Below are positions 48,409-60,816 of a stretch of DNA of 64,000 nucleotides, in pieces. The notes under the pieces were generated by a model. That model searched no databases. It saw only the letters and a program-made list of their open reading frames with translations, and was not told the DNA's origin. The stretch's first letter is position 1. The number at the start of each line of letters is the position of its first letter. Source of the stretch: Candidatus Krumholzibacteriia bacterium (GTDB lineage: Bacteria; Krumholzibacteriota; Krumholzibacteriia; LZORAL124-64-63); assembly GCA_963848505.1 (NCBI GenBank), contig CAWKEB010000002.1, positions 911,239 through 975,238 of the forward strand, given 5' to 3'. Position numbers and translations under genes: made by a program.

Positions 48409-49026
48409 ATGATGACGAATCTGCGCAAGTTCAGCCGGGCCCTGACTGCCCTGACCCTGGCCGCCACCGTGGCGGCCGCCGCGCCCAGCCAGGCCGGCGA
48501 CGACGACGGCTGCCACAACCCACGCGACCGCAAGGGCTGGCTGGTGGGCTTCAACGTGGGCTCCGGCAGCAGCTCCTACGGCGCGAGCGTGGGCTCGCGC
48601 ACCTACACCGAGGACGCCTTCAACGGCAGCTACGGCAGCCTGCGTGGCGGCTACGCCTTCAGCAACGCCTTCGCCGTGACCCTTGAGGGCGTGGGCGTCG
48701 GCGCCACCGAGGGGGAGCGGGATTGGGGCATGGGTGCCGGCCTGGTGGCGGTGACCTGGTGGCCGGCCGGCAGCGGATTCTTCGTCCGCGGCGGTCTGGG
48801 TGTCGGCGGCGGCGAGATGCTGCTGCGCGAGACGGGTGAAGCGGTGGAGTTCGACGGCAAGGGCGCGGGCCTGTTCGGCATCGGCTACGAATGGCAGGTG
48901 GGCCGCAACTTCGCCCTGGGCCTGGCCGCCGACGGCTTCGGCTTCGAAGTCGAAGGGCTCAACGGCGAGACTGACGCCTTCATGAGCACAGGCACCTTCT
49001 CGATCCAGTTCAACTGGTACCTGTGA
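48409..49026 (+). CDS. small outer-membrane beta-barrel protein
   Basis: 205 aa. GAGGAGG RBS and signal peptide. Gly/aromatic beta-strand pattern. C-terminus QFNWYL. Confidence 0.55.
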   Translation: MMTNLRKFSRALTALTLAATVAAAAPSQAGDDDGCHNPRDRKGWLVGFNVGSGSSSYGASVGSRTYTEDAFNGSYGSLRGGYAFSNAFAVTLEGVGVGATEGERDWGMGAGLVAVTWWPAGSGFFVRGGLGVGGGEMLLRETGEAVEFDGKGAGLFGIGYEWQVGRNFALGLAADGFGFEVEGLNGETDAFMSTGTFSIQFNWYL

Positions 49027-49115
49027 CCCCGGACCCGGGCTGGGCGGGTGGTGCGGCAAGACAGCCGCCCCGCCCGTTCAGCCGTTTGTTGCGTTTCTTC
49101 ACACTTGGGGGCAAG

Positions 49116-50555
49116 ATGAGCGCCGCCAACGCCCTGTTCGAGGCCCGGCCGGAGGAGCCGATGCAGCCTGCGCTCCGCATTCTGAACCTCATCTTCCTGG
49201 CGGTGCTGCTGCTGGCCGGCGCTCCGACGGCGCCGGCCCAGACCGCTGCGCCCGACACGGCGCAGGCGGCGGCGGCCCCGGCCCGCACCCTGGTGCTCGA
49301 GTCCATCGAACTGACCGGCACCGAGCGCACCTCCCTGGCCACCCTCGCCAAGTACCTGCCCCTGACGCCGGGCCAGGCCATCGACCAGGGCGCGCTGGTC
49401 GCCGCGGTGGACGAGCTGCGCGCCACCAACCTCTTCGCCCAGGTCGAGTTCTTCACCAGGCCGGGCAGCAGCCGCGGCCACCTGGTCCTGGTGCTGGAGG
49501 TGCGGGAGCACGGCCTGGACTTCCGCTGGGCCGCCGGCAACACCAGCCTCGACGGCTGGTACCTGGTGCCGGTGATGCTGGCCCTGGACAACCCCAGCGG
49601 CCACGGCGACCTGCTGGATCTGCAGTGGCGCATCGGCTTCCGCCACTCGGGGGTGCTGCTGAACTACGCCCGGCCCCGCGCCGGCAGCGGCCGCGACTAC
49701 TGGGCCACCCGCCTGAGCGCCATCTCCACCGACCTGCCCTGGTTCGAGGGCGGCGTCGAGTACCGCCAGGAGGTGCAGCACGGCGGCCTGGCCGGAGTCT
49801 ACGGCCGGCGCTTCGGCGGCAGCTGGCTGGGCGAGATCGGCCTGAACCTCGATGCGGTGGTGACCGCCGACTATTCGCGCGCCTACACCGATGCGGCCGA
49901 CGGCAGCGTGTCCTACAACGACCAGATCAGCGGCGACGACCTCCCGCCCGGCATCGCCGACGGGCTGGGCGACGACTCGCGCGCCATCGTCCACTTCGAC
50001 CTGCAGCACGACAACCGCGCCCGGGAGTTGGGCGCGGGCACGCCGGTGTCCGGCATCTGGGGCCGGCTGAAGCCCCAGGCCGTGCTGCAGGGCCCGCGCA
50101 GCAACTTCGGCCTGCAGGCCGACTTCCGCGGCTACCGGAGCGCGCCCGGCGGCGTGCTCGGCCTGCGCCTGCGGGGCGAGCTGGTCACCGGCCACGCCGC
50201 CTTCTACGACCGCCTCTACCTGGGCGGCATGTACTCGGTGCGGGGCTTCCCCACCGCGTCGCTTTCGGCCCCCGGCGGCGATACCTGGCTGTGGTCCGGT
50301 TCGCTGGAACACCGCAGCCGCATCCTCGGCGACAACAAGGGGACCAAGCTGGCGGGCGTGCTCTTCCTGGACGCCGGCGCCGCCGGCAGCTTCGACGGCG
50401 ACTCGATCCCCGGCGTGGCCATGGGCGCCGGCTACGGCGTGCGCCTGCGGGTGTGGTGGCTGGGCTGGGTCGGTCTCGACCTGGGCTTCCCGCTGACCGA
50501 GCGTCCCGTCGACCAGCGCTTCCAGCTCAATGCCTCCATCGGGTGGTCGTTCTGA
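49116..50555 (+). CDS. Omp85-family outer-membrane protein (single POTRA plus beta-barrel; BamA/TamA-like)
   Basis: POTRA-like segment (TLVLESIELTGTERTSLATLAKYL…). Barrel with a terminal aromatic beta-signal (…ASIGWSF). Confidence 0.7.
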   Translation: MSAANALFEARPEEPMQPALRILNLIFLAVLLLAGAPTAPAQTAAPDTAQAAAAPARTLVLESIELTGTERTSLATLAKYLPLTPGQAIDQGALVAAVDELRATNLFAQVEFFTRPGSSRGHLVLVLEVREHGLDFRWAAGNTSLDGWYLVPVMLALDNPSGHGDLLDLQWRIGFRHSGVLLNYARPRAGSGRDYWATRLSAISTDLPWFEGGVEYRQEVQHGGLAGVYGRRFGGSWLGEIGLNLDAVVTADYSRAYTDAADGSVSYNDQISGDDLPPGIADGLGDDSRAIVHFDLQHDNRARELGAGTPVSGIWGRLKPQAVLQGPRSNFGLQADFRGYRSAPGGVLGLRLRGELVTGHAAFYDRLYLGGMYSVRGFPTASLSAPGGDTWLWSGSLEHRSRILGDNKGTKLAGVLFLDAGAAGSFDGDSIPGVAMGAGYGVRLRVWWLGWVGLDLGFPLTERPVDQRFQLNASIGWSF

Positions 50556-51217
50556 TGCGGCGCGCCTGGGCAGCCACGGTGCTGGTCTGGCTGGCGGCCG
50601 CCGCCATGGCCGTGGCCGCGGACGAGTCCGCCCGGGTGACGGCCGTGGCTCCGGCCCGGGCCGACGGCCTGGTGGTGGCCCATCTCAGCACCATGGGGCT
50701 GCCCGGCCAGAAGCTGCTGCAGTCCATGCGCTCGGGGCTGGTCTCGGCGGTGGAGCTGGACCTGGCCCTGCTGGACGAGCGCGAAAAGGTCGTGGGCGGC
50801 AACCGCATCTCGCTGCAGCTGGCTTTCGATCTGTGGGAGGAGATCTTCTCGGTGCGGGCCGACGGCGCCGAGCGGCGCTTCCGCAGCCTGGCCGACCTGC
50901 AGGGCTACCTGGCCGAGCTGGCGGCGGTGCCGGTGATCCCGCTGGACGAGCTCACGGTGGGCGGTAGCTACCGGCTGCGGATCGGGCTGCTGGTCCATCC
51001 CATCGCCCCGGCCCAGCAGCAGCGGGTGGAGAACGTGATCGCCGGCGACCAGCGGCCGCGGCGCGAAGGCCAGGACCAGCAGGAGACCTCGGTCTCCCTG
51101 GGCCGGCTGATCCGCCTGTTCTACCAGGGCGGCGGCAGCGGCGACCCCGGCGACACCGGCGCGCAGACCCTCTCGGCCTGGTTCAAGCGCGAGGAGCTGC
51201 CCGATGCGACGCATTAG
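50555..51217 (+). CDS. DUF4390-domain periplasmic protein
   Basis: Signal peptide. ATG overlaps the TGA of the Omp85 gene. This family is commonly found just upstream of ntrY. Confidence 0.5.
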   Translation: MRRAWAATVLVWLAAAAMAVAADESARVTAVAPARADGLVVAHLSTMGLPGQKLLQSMRSGLVSAVELDLALLDEREKVVGGNRISLQLAFDLWEEIFSVRADGAERRFRSLADLQGYLAELAAVPVIPLDELTVGGSYRLRIGLLVHPIAPAQQQRVENVIAGDQRPRREGQDQQETSVSLGRLIRLFYQGGGSGDPGDTGAQTLSAWFKREELPDATH

Positions 51218-52663
51218 CACCCGCCTGGCCATCTCGTTCCTGCTGGTGGCGCTGCTGCCGACCCTGCCGTTGTCGCTGGTGGTGCGCGACCTGCTGGAGC
51301 GGCGCTTCGGGCCGGCCATCGCCGATCCACTGGAATCGGCCCTGGAGGCGGGGCTGGCCGAGAGCCGGGCCCACCTGCAGCAGCTGCGCGACCAGCTGCA
51401 GCAGCGGGCCGCGGCGCTGCCCAATGCTGACCCGGTGGTGCTGCTGGACGCCTTGGGCCGCACGCAGCCGCCGGACTCGCTGGCGGCATTCCTGGCCGAG
51501 CGGCCAGACCTGCTGGAGCGGGCGGCCGGCCTGCCGGCGGGGGCCCGGCCCGACCGCTTCGGCGACGTGCTGGTCACGGCGATCGCGCCCGGCACGGTCG
51601 CACCGGTGATCGTGATGCAGCCCCTGCCGGCGGGCATGGTGGCCAGGGCCGGCGAGCTGACCGACGGCCTGGGCCTGCTGCGCGCGGTGCGCGGCGAGCA
51701 GGGCCGGGTGGTGCTCAGCTTCGTGGGGCCCTTCCTGCTGGTCTACGGCCTGCTGATCGCCGTGGCCCTGGGCGCGGGCCTGCTCTGGACCCGCCAGATG
51801 GTGACCCCGCTGGAGGTGCTCGTGGGCGCCACCCGCCGTGTGGCCCGGGGCGAGCTCGAGTTCCGGGTCGAGGCCAAGGGCCCGGGCGAGGTCGGCGAGC
51901 TGGTGCGCTCGTTCGACACCATGGTCGGCCGACTGGCCGAGCAGCGCCGCGACCTGGCGCGGTTGGAGCGTGCTGCCGCCTGGCGGGGCATGGCCCGCAC
52001 CCTGGCCCATGAGGTGAAGAACCCGCTGACGCCTATCCTGCTGGCGGTGCAGCAGGCCCGCGACAGCTACCGCGGCGATGACGCCCAGCACCGGGCCCTC
52101 CTGGCCGAGTGCGCCGAGATCGTGGGCGAGGAGGTCGAGAGCCTGCGCCGGCTGGTGCGCTCGTTCGGCGAGTTCGCCAAACTGCCCAAACCGGAACTGG
52201 AAGAGGGCGACCTGGGCGCACTGGTGCGCGACCTGGAGCACCTGTATGCCGGGCGTCTGCAGCTGGAGGGCGGCGGCGCGCCGCTGGTCGGCTGGTTCGA
52301 CGCGGGGGCGCTGCGGCGCGCGCTGATCAACCTGATCGACAACGGCCTGGCCGCCTGCAACGAGGCGGACGCGCCCGAGCAGGTCGAACTGCGCCTGACC
52401 TCCACCGGCCCCGGCGCGCGCCTGGAGGTGCGCGACCGCGGCGCGGGCATCCCCGCCGAGAACCTCGAACGCATCTTCGAGCCCGACTTCACCACCAAGG
52501 GCGACGGCATGGGCCTGGGCCTGGCCATCGTCCAGGGCATCGTCGCCGGACATGGCGGCACCCTGCGCGTGCGCAGCGAGCCAGGCCAGGGCACCACCTT
52601 CACCCTCGAGCTGCCGCTGACCCGCGTGGGCAACGGCGCCGACGCCGACAAGGAAGACGAATC

Positions 52664-52667
<4 letters not shown>
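51204..52667 (+). CDS. ntrY: NtrY-like sensor histidine kinase
   Basis: N-terminal TM, HAMP-like segment, H-box [10 protein letters not shown] and HATPase_c boxes ([22 protein letters not shown]). Confidence 0.75.
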
Positions 52668-54094
<1,427 letters not shown>

Positions 54095-54098
<4 letters not shown>

Positions 54099-54760
54099 GA
54101 CGGCGGCTGATCATCCTGGGCTGGGCGCTGCTGTGGGCCGTCGCCGCGGTCGGCGCCCGGGCCGACGACTCCGCACCGGCCGACTCGGCGGCGACGGTCC
54201 AGGAGGTCCACCTGCGCGGCTGGTACTTCGGCCTGCAGTGGTCGGGGGGCCAGCGCGACCATTGGGACGTGTTCGGACGCGACGGACTGCCGCCGGCCGA
54301 GGTCGAGGACCTGGGCCGGGGCGCCGGCGTGCAACTGGGCCACCGCTTCGGCGGCCGCTTCCTGCTGGGCCTGCAGTTCACCATGAACGAACACGACCTG
54401 GTCGGTCTGCCGCAGAAGCTCTACGACGGCGAGCTGCTGCTGACGGGCACGGTCCTGTTCCGCGAACGCTCGACCCTGCAGCCGTTCCTGCGCGGCGCCT
54501 TCGGCGGCGGCGGTGTGGCGCTGCAGCAGGTCGATGGCAGCGGGCACACCATCTCCGTGGGCACCGCCACGGTTGCCGGCGGCGGGGTGCAGGTGCGGCT
54601 CAGCAGCAGGTTCTCGCTGGAGGCGGAGGCAGTGGCGAACTTCACCAATTTCCACGAGGTGCGGAACCAGGACAACGAGGGCAACACCGACTCGGAATGG
54701 CGGGTGGACACCTCGCAGATGGGGTGGCGGGTCGGGGTGGGGGCGATGGTCTGGTTCTAG
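54095..54760 (+). CDS. small outer-membrane beta-barrel protein
   Basis: GTG start overlapping the ntrX stop (GTGA). Signal peptide. C-terminal aromatic (…AMVWF). Confidence 0.5.
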
Positions 54761-54796
54761 TCCAGCCTCCGCGCCGGCCTGCGATTCATCGCACGC

Positions 54797-55753
54797 CTAC
54801 TTCACCATCATCATCTTCCTCGTGATGTCCACGCCGGCCCCCACCAGGCGATAGCAGTAGACCCCCGCGGGTTGCATCCGTCCATCGGGCCCGCGGCCAT
54901 CCCACACGGCCGTCTGCCGTCCGCCCTGCTGCGCGCCGTCCACCAGCGTCCGGACCAGCCGCCCGGCCACATCGTACACATCCAGGCGCACGGTGGCCCC
55001 GCCTGCGGGCAGGTCGTAGGCGATGACCGTCGACGGGTTGAACGGATTCGGCGCGTTGCCCAGCAGCCGGGCGCCGGCCGCGGACCGCGGCACCGCACTG
55101 GAGCCGGAATCGAGGGTGACGGTCAAATTGTCGAGGCCCCACGATTCATCCGCGCCGCCCTGCCAGTTGGCCGCGGCGCCACCCGAGACCGCGCCCATGC
55201 GCCAGACCACGGTCAGGGTGTCGGCGGTGTGGGGAATGTCCCGGAACGCCGGCTCGACCGACAGGTCGTACGCACGGTCACGGGAGTACCAGGAGCCGGC
55301 GGTCCAGCCCAGATTGACGCCCGAGCTGAGCAGGCCCCCGGTCGGTGCCACGTAGTCGGTTTCATCGCCCGTTGCCAGTTGGAACCACTGCGAGAACACC
55401 AGCTGGCCATCGATGTCCACCTGGAACAGTTCGGTGCCGTCCCACGAGTCGATCAGCGCCAGCAGGAACCCCAGCGACACGTGGCTGTGGGGCGGCAGAT
55501 TGGTCAGGGTCAATGTGGTGTCGTAGAGGGTCTGCGTGTAGTAGCGCAGCAGGCTGCCGCCGAACTGATTGCCCTGTGCGCCCAGACCGGCATAGCCCTG
55601 GACTCCTTCGATGCGCACCCCGTCACCGGTCAGCTCGGCCGGGATGCCGCTTTCGAAATCGGACGAGAACACGACCTGCGCCCCCGCGACCGAGGCCAGG
55701 GCGAGGACGATGGCCAGAGCCGTCCCGATAGAGGCGAAATGACGACCGCACAT
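54797..55753 (-). CDS. secreted protein with C-terminal T9SS-type sorting domain
   Basis: Signal peptide MCGRHFASIGTALAIVLALASVAGAQ. CTD …NPFNPSTVIAYDLPAGGATVRLDVYDVAGRLVRTLVDG…GVYCYRL. AGGAG RBS. Confidence 0.65.
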   Translation of the reverse strand: MCGRHFASIGTALAIVLALASVAGAQVVFSSDFESGIPAELTGDGVRIEGVQGYAGLGAQGNQFGGSLLRYYTQTLYDTTLTLTNLPPHSHVSLGFLLALIDSWDGTELFQVDIDGQLVFSQWFQLATGDETDYVAPTGGLLSSGVNLGWTAGSWYSRDRAYDLSVEPAFRDIPHTADTLTVVWRMGAVSGGAAANWQGGADESWGLDNLTVTLDSGSSAVPRSAAGARLLGNAPNPFNPSTVIAYDLPAGGATVRLDVYDVAGRLVRTLVDGAQQGGRQTAVWDGRGPDGRMQPAGVYCYRLVGAGVDITRKMMMVK

Positions 55754-56061
55754 GGTGTTTGGCTCCTGCTGGGGGTCATGGCGATATGCCGGCGCGCACC
55801 GACGGTACGGATAAGAGGCCGGCACGCGCCTCTAATCACACGGGATCCCTTCTTTTTTTGCGGTTAGCACTCAATTGCCGCTGGCGCCGGGGGCTCGGCT
55901 CACCGCAGCGGGTTCCGGGAAGGATCCAGGGGAGCGGATTGACGTGCGAGTGCGCCACGTGCCACTATCGCGGGATGTCAGAGGTGGCTGCCGGACATGA
56001 ATTTTGGCACGCCTCGACCCGAAGCCGATCGGTCGGGGCAACCCACGTGAGGAAACAAGCT

Positions 56062-58584
56062 ATGGCCCGCAAGGCAACGCAACGCAATGATGATCCCACT
56101 CCGGCCGCCCCCACCGCTACCCCGGCGGACGCGGGCCTGCGCACCGGTCTGCAGGCGGCAGACCTCAAGCAGGCGGTGTTGGATCATCTGTGCTATTCCA
56201 TCGGTCGGCTGACCGCGGTCGCGGGTCCACGCGATTATTACCGGGCCCTGGCGCTCGCGGTGCGCGACCGCCTGCAGCACCGCTGGCTGAACACCACCCA
56301 GACCTATTTCGACCAGAACCGCAAGCTTGCCTGCTACCTGTCGGCCGAATTCCTCATGGGCCCGCACCTTGGCAACAACCTGGTCAATCTCGGCATCGAA
56401 CAGGCGGCGCGCAGCGCCCTGGCCGAGCTCGGTCAGGAGCTGGATACCGTGCTCGCCCACGAGGAGGAGCCTGGTCTCGGCAACGGCGGGCTGGGGCGGC
56501 TGGCAGCCTGCTACCTCGATTCGCTGGCCACCCTGCAGCGACCGGCGATCGGCTATGGCATCCGCTACGAGTTCGGCATCTTCGACCAGGGCCTGCGCGA
56601 CGGCTGGCAGACCGAGATCACCGACAAGTGGTTGCGCTACGGCAACCCGTGGGAGATCGCCAAGCCGGAAGTTGCCTATTTCGTCCAGTGGGGCGGCCAT
56701 ACCGAACGGCATGTCGATGATGCGGGCGCCCAATACGTGCGCTGGATACCCCATCAGGTGGTCAAAGGGAGCGCGTACGACACGCCCATCCAGGGCTACG
56801 ACGTCAACACCTGCAACACGTTGCGCCTTTGGAGCGCCGAGGCCGTGGAATCATTCGATTTCCAGGCCTTCAATTCCGGCGACTACTACCAGGCGGTGGC
56901 AGACAAGATCGCCTCGGAGACGGTGACCAAGGTGCTCTATCCCAACGACGAGGCGGCGGTGGGCAAGCGGCTGCGGCTCGGACAACAGTATTTCTTCGTC
57001 TCCTGCTCGCTGCAGGACATGCTGAACATGCTCGACCTCGCCGGCGTGCCGGTGGAGCAGTTCGCCGAGCGCTACGCCGTGCAGCTCAACGACACCCACC
57101 CGTCGATCGGGGTGGCCGAGTTGATGCGGTTGCTGGTCGATGAGCGCCACCTGGACTGGGATGCGGCCTGGGCCATCACCGTGGCGACGCTTCGGCTACA
57201 CGAACCACACCCTGCTGCCTGAAGCCCTGGAGACCTGGCCGCTGCCGATGTTTGCCGAACTGCTGCCGCGGCATCTGGAAATCATCTACGAGATCAACCG
57301 CCGGTTCCTCGGCGAAGTGCGCATGCGCTATCCCGGGCGACGAAGCGCGCGTGGCGCGCATGTCCCTGATCGGCGAGGAAGGCGGACAGCGCGTGCGCAT
57401 GGCGCACCTGGCCAGTGTCGGCAGCCACGCCATCAACGGCGTCGCCGCGCTGCACTCCGACCTGCTCAAGGCCAGCGTGCTGAAGGACTTCCATGACCTG
57501 TGGCCCGAACGCTTCAGCAACAAGACCAACGGCGTCACGCCACGGCGCTTCCTGGCGCTGGCCAATCCCGGCCTGCGCGCCCTGCTCGACGACACCCTCG
57601 GTGACCGCTGGTTGACCGATCTGAGCGTGCTGCGCGGCCTCGAAGCCCGGGTCGATGACGCCGCATTCCGGGACCAATGGCGCGCGGTCAAGCAGGCCAA
57701 CAAGCAGCGGCTCTCCGCTTACATCCACACCCAGACGGGCATCGAGCTCGACCCGGCGTGGCTGTTCGACGTCCAGGTCAAACGCATCCACGAATACAAG
57801 CGCCAGCATCTGAACGTGCTGCACATCGTCACGGTCTACCACCGACTCAAGGCCGATCCGGGGTTGGCCGTGCCGCCGCGCGCCTTCATCTTCGGCGGCA
57901 AGGCGGCGCCGGGCTACTTCATGGCCAAGCGCATCATCAAGCTGATCAATGCCGTAGCCGAGACGATCAATGCGGATCCGGACGTGAACACGCGCCTGAA
58001 GGTCGCCTTCATTCCCAACTTCAACGTGCAGAACGCCAACCTCATCTATCCGGCGGCGGACCTGTCTGAGCAGATCTCCACCGCGGGGCTGGAAGCCTCC
58101 GGTACCGGCAACATGAAATTCATGATGAACGGGGCGCTCACCATCGGCACGCTGGACGGGGCCAATGTGGAGATACGCGAGGAAGCCGGCAGCCGAGAAC
58201 TTCTTCCTGTTCGGGCTGACGGCCGGGGAGGTGGCGAAGGCCAAACGTGATGGCTACCATCCGGCGGGCCAGATCGCGGGCAACGAGGAACTGCGCGCGG
58301 TGCTTGATCTCATCGGCAGCGGTCGTTTCTCGCAAGGCGACACCGAGGTCTTCCGGCCGCTGGTCGAGAACCTGACCCAGTCCGATCCCTTCCTGGTGCT
58401 CGCCGACTACGCGGCCTACGTCGCCTGCCAGGAGCAGGTCAACGCGGCCTGGCTCGGCCGCGACAACTGGACCCGCATGTCCATCCTCAACACCGCACGC
58501 AGCGGCAAGTTCTCGTCCGACCGCGCCATTGCCCAGTACTGCGACGAGATCTGGGGTGTGCCGCCGGTGACCGTGGCCCGATAG
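56062..58584 (+). pseudogene. glgP: glycogen/maltodextrin phosphorylase gene disrupted by three +1 frameshifts
   Basis: The N-terminal 386 aa are intact and unmistakably phosphorylase-like (EPGLGNGGLGRLAAC…). The frame shifts at ~57190, ~57335 and ~58191, each of which can be repaired to the conserved sequence ([15 protein letters not shown]; [13 protein letters not shown]; [15 protein letters not shown]). The region is ~60-63% GC versus ~72% in flanking genes. Confidence 0.8.
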
Positions 58585-58754
58585 CGGGTGGCCGCGGGCC
58601 ATGCCGAAATTGACAAGAAGGCATGAAATATGAGAGCCTGATGGGCGGCGGGCCGCGGGGGCGTGTCCGCCCCCGACTCGAGCGGATGTGCCGTCGCCAT
58701 CGAGGCCCGTCTTGCCCGCGCGGTGTCCCACTCGCAACAATAGGGGGGAATGAG

Positions 58755-59588
58755 ATGATCAACCGCAATTCCTGGCTTGTCCTGGTGTTGGTCCTGGTGC
58801 TGACGTGCGCGTTCACCACGGGCGCGGCAGCAGAGATATTCATGCACGTGACCGGTACGCAGCAGGGGGAAATCCGCGGCGACGTCACGACCCGCGACTA
58901 CGAGGAATGGATCGAGGTCGCGAGCTTCACCCACGGAGTCACCGTGCCGGTCGGGCACGACGGCCGCCCCAGTGGCGCCCCGGTGCCTACGCCCTTCCAG
59001 CTGGTGAAGCCCTGGGACCGGTCCACGGTGCCGCTCTTCGATGCCCTCTACAACGGCGAAAGGCTCAGCGAGGTCACGCTCGATCTGACCCGCCCGGACT
59101 ACATGGGACAGATCGAGACCTACTACCGGATCACCCTCGAGAACGCGTACCTGACCGAGATCGCGGAGTCCGGTTCCGGTCTGGGGATGGATCTGCCGTC
59201 GGAAGCGTACACCTTGACCTATTACCGGATCACCTTTGATGACCTCGTCAACGGCGTGTCCACGACCTACACCTGGAACCCCGCCGTGACGGTTCCCGCA
59301 GGGTCCGCAGGCAAGTCGATCCTGCTGACGCCGTCCCCGAATCCGATGGCCGGCAGCACCGAGTTCCGTTTCATGCTGCCGGTCGCGACCCAGGCCAACC
59401 TGACGGTCTACGACGTGCGCGGGCGGCGCATCCGCGAACTCCACAAGGGGGTCGTGCACTCGGCGCCGACGGCCGTGGCCTGGGACGGGTGCGACGACGA
59501 GGGCGCCCGTGTGGCCCAGGGGATGTACATCGCCCGCCTGGAGACGCCGTCCACGGTCGTCACGCAGCGGGTGGTGGTCGTGCGCTGA
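58755..59588 (+). CDS. Hcp (T6SS tube protein)-like domain protein with signal peptide and C-terminal T9SS-type sorting domain
   Basis: Signal peptide MINRNSWLVLVLVLVLTCAFTTGAAA. The Hcp1-family pattern (…TGTQQGEIRGD…WIEVASFTHGV…FQLVKPWDRSTVPLFDAL…YRITLENAYLTEIAESGSG…) is followed by a Por_Secre_tail-like CTD (…NLTVYDVRGRRIRELHKG…GMYIARL…). Confidence 0.6.
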   Translation: MINRNSWLVLVLVLVLTCAFTTGAAAEIFMHVTGTQQGEIRGDVTTRDYEEWIEVASFTHGVTVPVGHDGRPSGAPVPTPFQLVKPWDRSTVPLFDALYNGERLSEVTLDLTRPDYMGQIETYYRITLENAYLTEIAESGSGLGMDLPSEAYTLTYYRITFDDLVNGVSTTYTWNPAVTVPAGSAGKSILLTPSPNPMAGSTEFRFMLPVATQANLTVYDVRGRRIRELHKGVVHSAPTAVAWDGCDDEGARVAQGMYIARLETPSTVVTQRVVVVR

Positions 59589-59724
59589 TCTGCGGGCAGC
59601 CACGGCCATCTGGACGACCTGGCGGTCGCCCGAAACCCGGGCTCGGTCTACGCAACCCCAAACGCCCGTTGCAAGAAAATGGGCCGCCCCAAGGCGGCCC
59701 ATTATCTTGTCCCAGCAGTGTGCC

Positions 59725-60546
59725 CTACTCGCAGACCACATTCTCCTGCCACTGGTCCCAACATGCCTCAGCCCCGCCGTTGTAGTCCGGCACCTGCAGG
59801 CTGCCCGTCCCGTCCGCCAGCCAGCGAATGAACGACCCCGCCGCCCCGGTGCCCGGCACGAACGTGACGGCGTAATCCGGATCCGCGTCGTTGAACCGCA
59901 GCACGTCCCCGTTGCTCTCCAGCTCGCGGCTGGTGAACTGCAGGAAACGGCCGGCGTCGTCGTCGCCCCAGGCGATCTCGCCGCAGACCGGGCGCGCCGG
60001 GTCGTCCAGGTCGTGGAACAGCCAGTGGCCTTCGTGGCCGCCGCCGCTGGTCGAGCCCTCGAACCACAGCTCGGTGGGCTCGGCGCTGCCGGCACCGACC
60101 CGCATCTCCCACTGCACGTGGTCGCCGGCCGGCAGGCCGCGCAGGGCCACGCGGATGGGGTAGCGGTAGCCGTTCCAGGTGTAGGACCAGACCCAGGCAC
60201 CGTCGTCCTGGGCCACCGGCACCGTGTGCAGGGCCACGGCGAAGGTGCCCACGGGTGCGGCCAGGGTCAGCTCGGCCACCGCCTGCAGCAGCACGGCGCG
60301 CAGGTAGGCGTTGATGAAGTTGTCGTGGAGGCCGCCGCTCTTGTCCAGGTCGGCGGCGCCGTCGAAGAACGCGAAATCGAAGGTCAGGGCCTCCGGGTCG
60401 GGCAGCGCCGGCGCCTGGGCCGTCGGCGCGGTCACCGGATTGGTCGTGTCGTCGGAGCAGCCGGTGGTGTGCAGGGCCAGCAGACCGAAAACCGCCACCA
60501 GGGCCAGCGCACCGACGCCGGATCGCAGGGTACGGAAGATCATCAT
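59725..60546 (-). CDS. lipoprotein, hypothetical
   Basis: MMIFRTLRSGVGALALVAVFGLLALHTTGC lipobox. AAGGAG RBS. Confidence 0.55.
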   Translation of the reverse strand: MMIFRTLRSGVGALALVAVFGLLALHTTGCSDDTTNPVTAPTAQAPALPDPEALTFDFAFFDGAADLDKSGGLHDNFINAYLRAVLLQAVAELTLAAPVGTFAVALHTVPVAQDDGAWVWSYTWNGYRYPIRVALRGLPAGDHVQWEMRVGAGSAEPTELWFEGSTSGGGHEGHWLFHDLDDPARPVCGEIAWGDDDAGRFLQFTSRELESNGDVLRFNDADPDYAVTFVPGTGAAGSFIRWLADGTGSLQVPDYNGGAEACWDQWQENVVCE

Positions 60547-60816
60547 GTCGGGTCTCCTTGTCGAGGGGAGCAGTTCAGGTTCACCCTCGGACATACAAGG
60601 GGCGTGCCGGAGGTCGTGGGGCCGCCGCGCCCGGCGTAATGTGTTGCCCGGAAACAATTAAATGGAAAGCGGGCCCGGCCGCACCCCCCAACCCGCCTGT
60701 GCCGCCCCGCCACGCCTGAGGTGATTCGGCACAGCCACAGCGCCCCGCCCCTTGACACCCGGCGCGCCGTGGCGTCTAACTGGATCGCGGATCCAACAGC
60801 GAAAGGCTCCGGCCCC

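Noticed and set aside
58600-58640. TTGACA-containing AT-rich patch upstream of the Hcp-like gene as a promoter
   Set aside because: A -10 hexamer at proper spacing is poor (ATGAGA at 14 nt). It is noted but not called.
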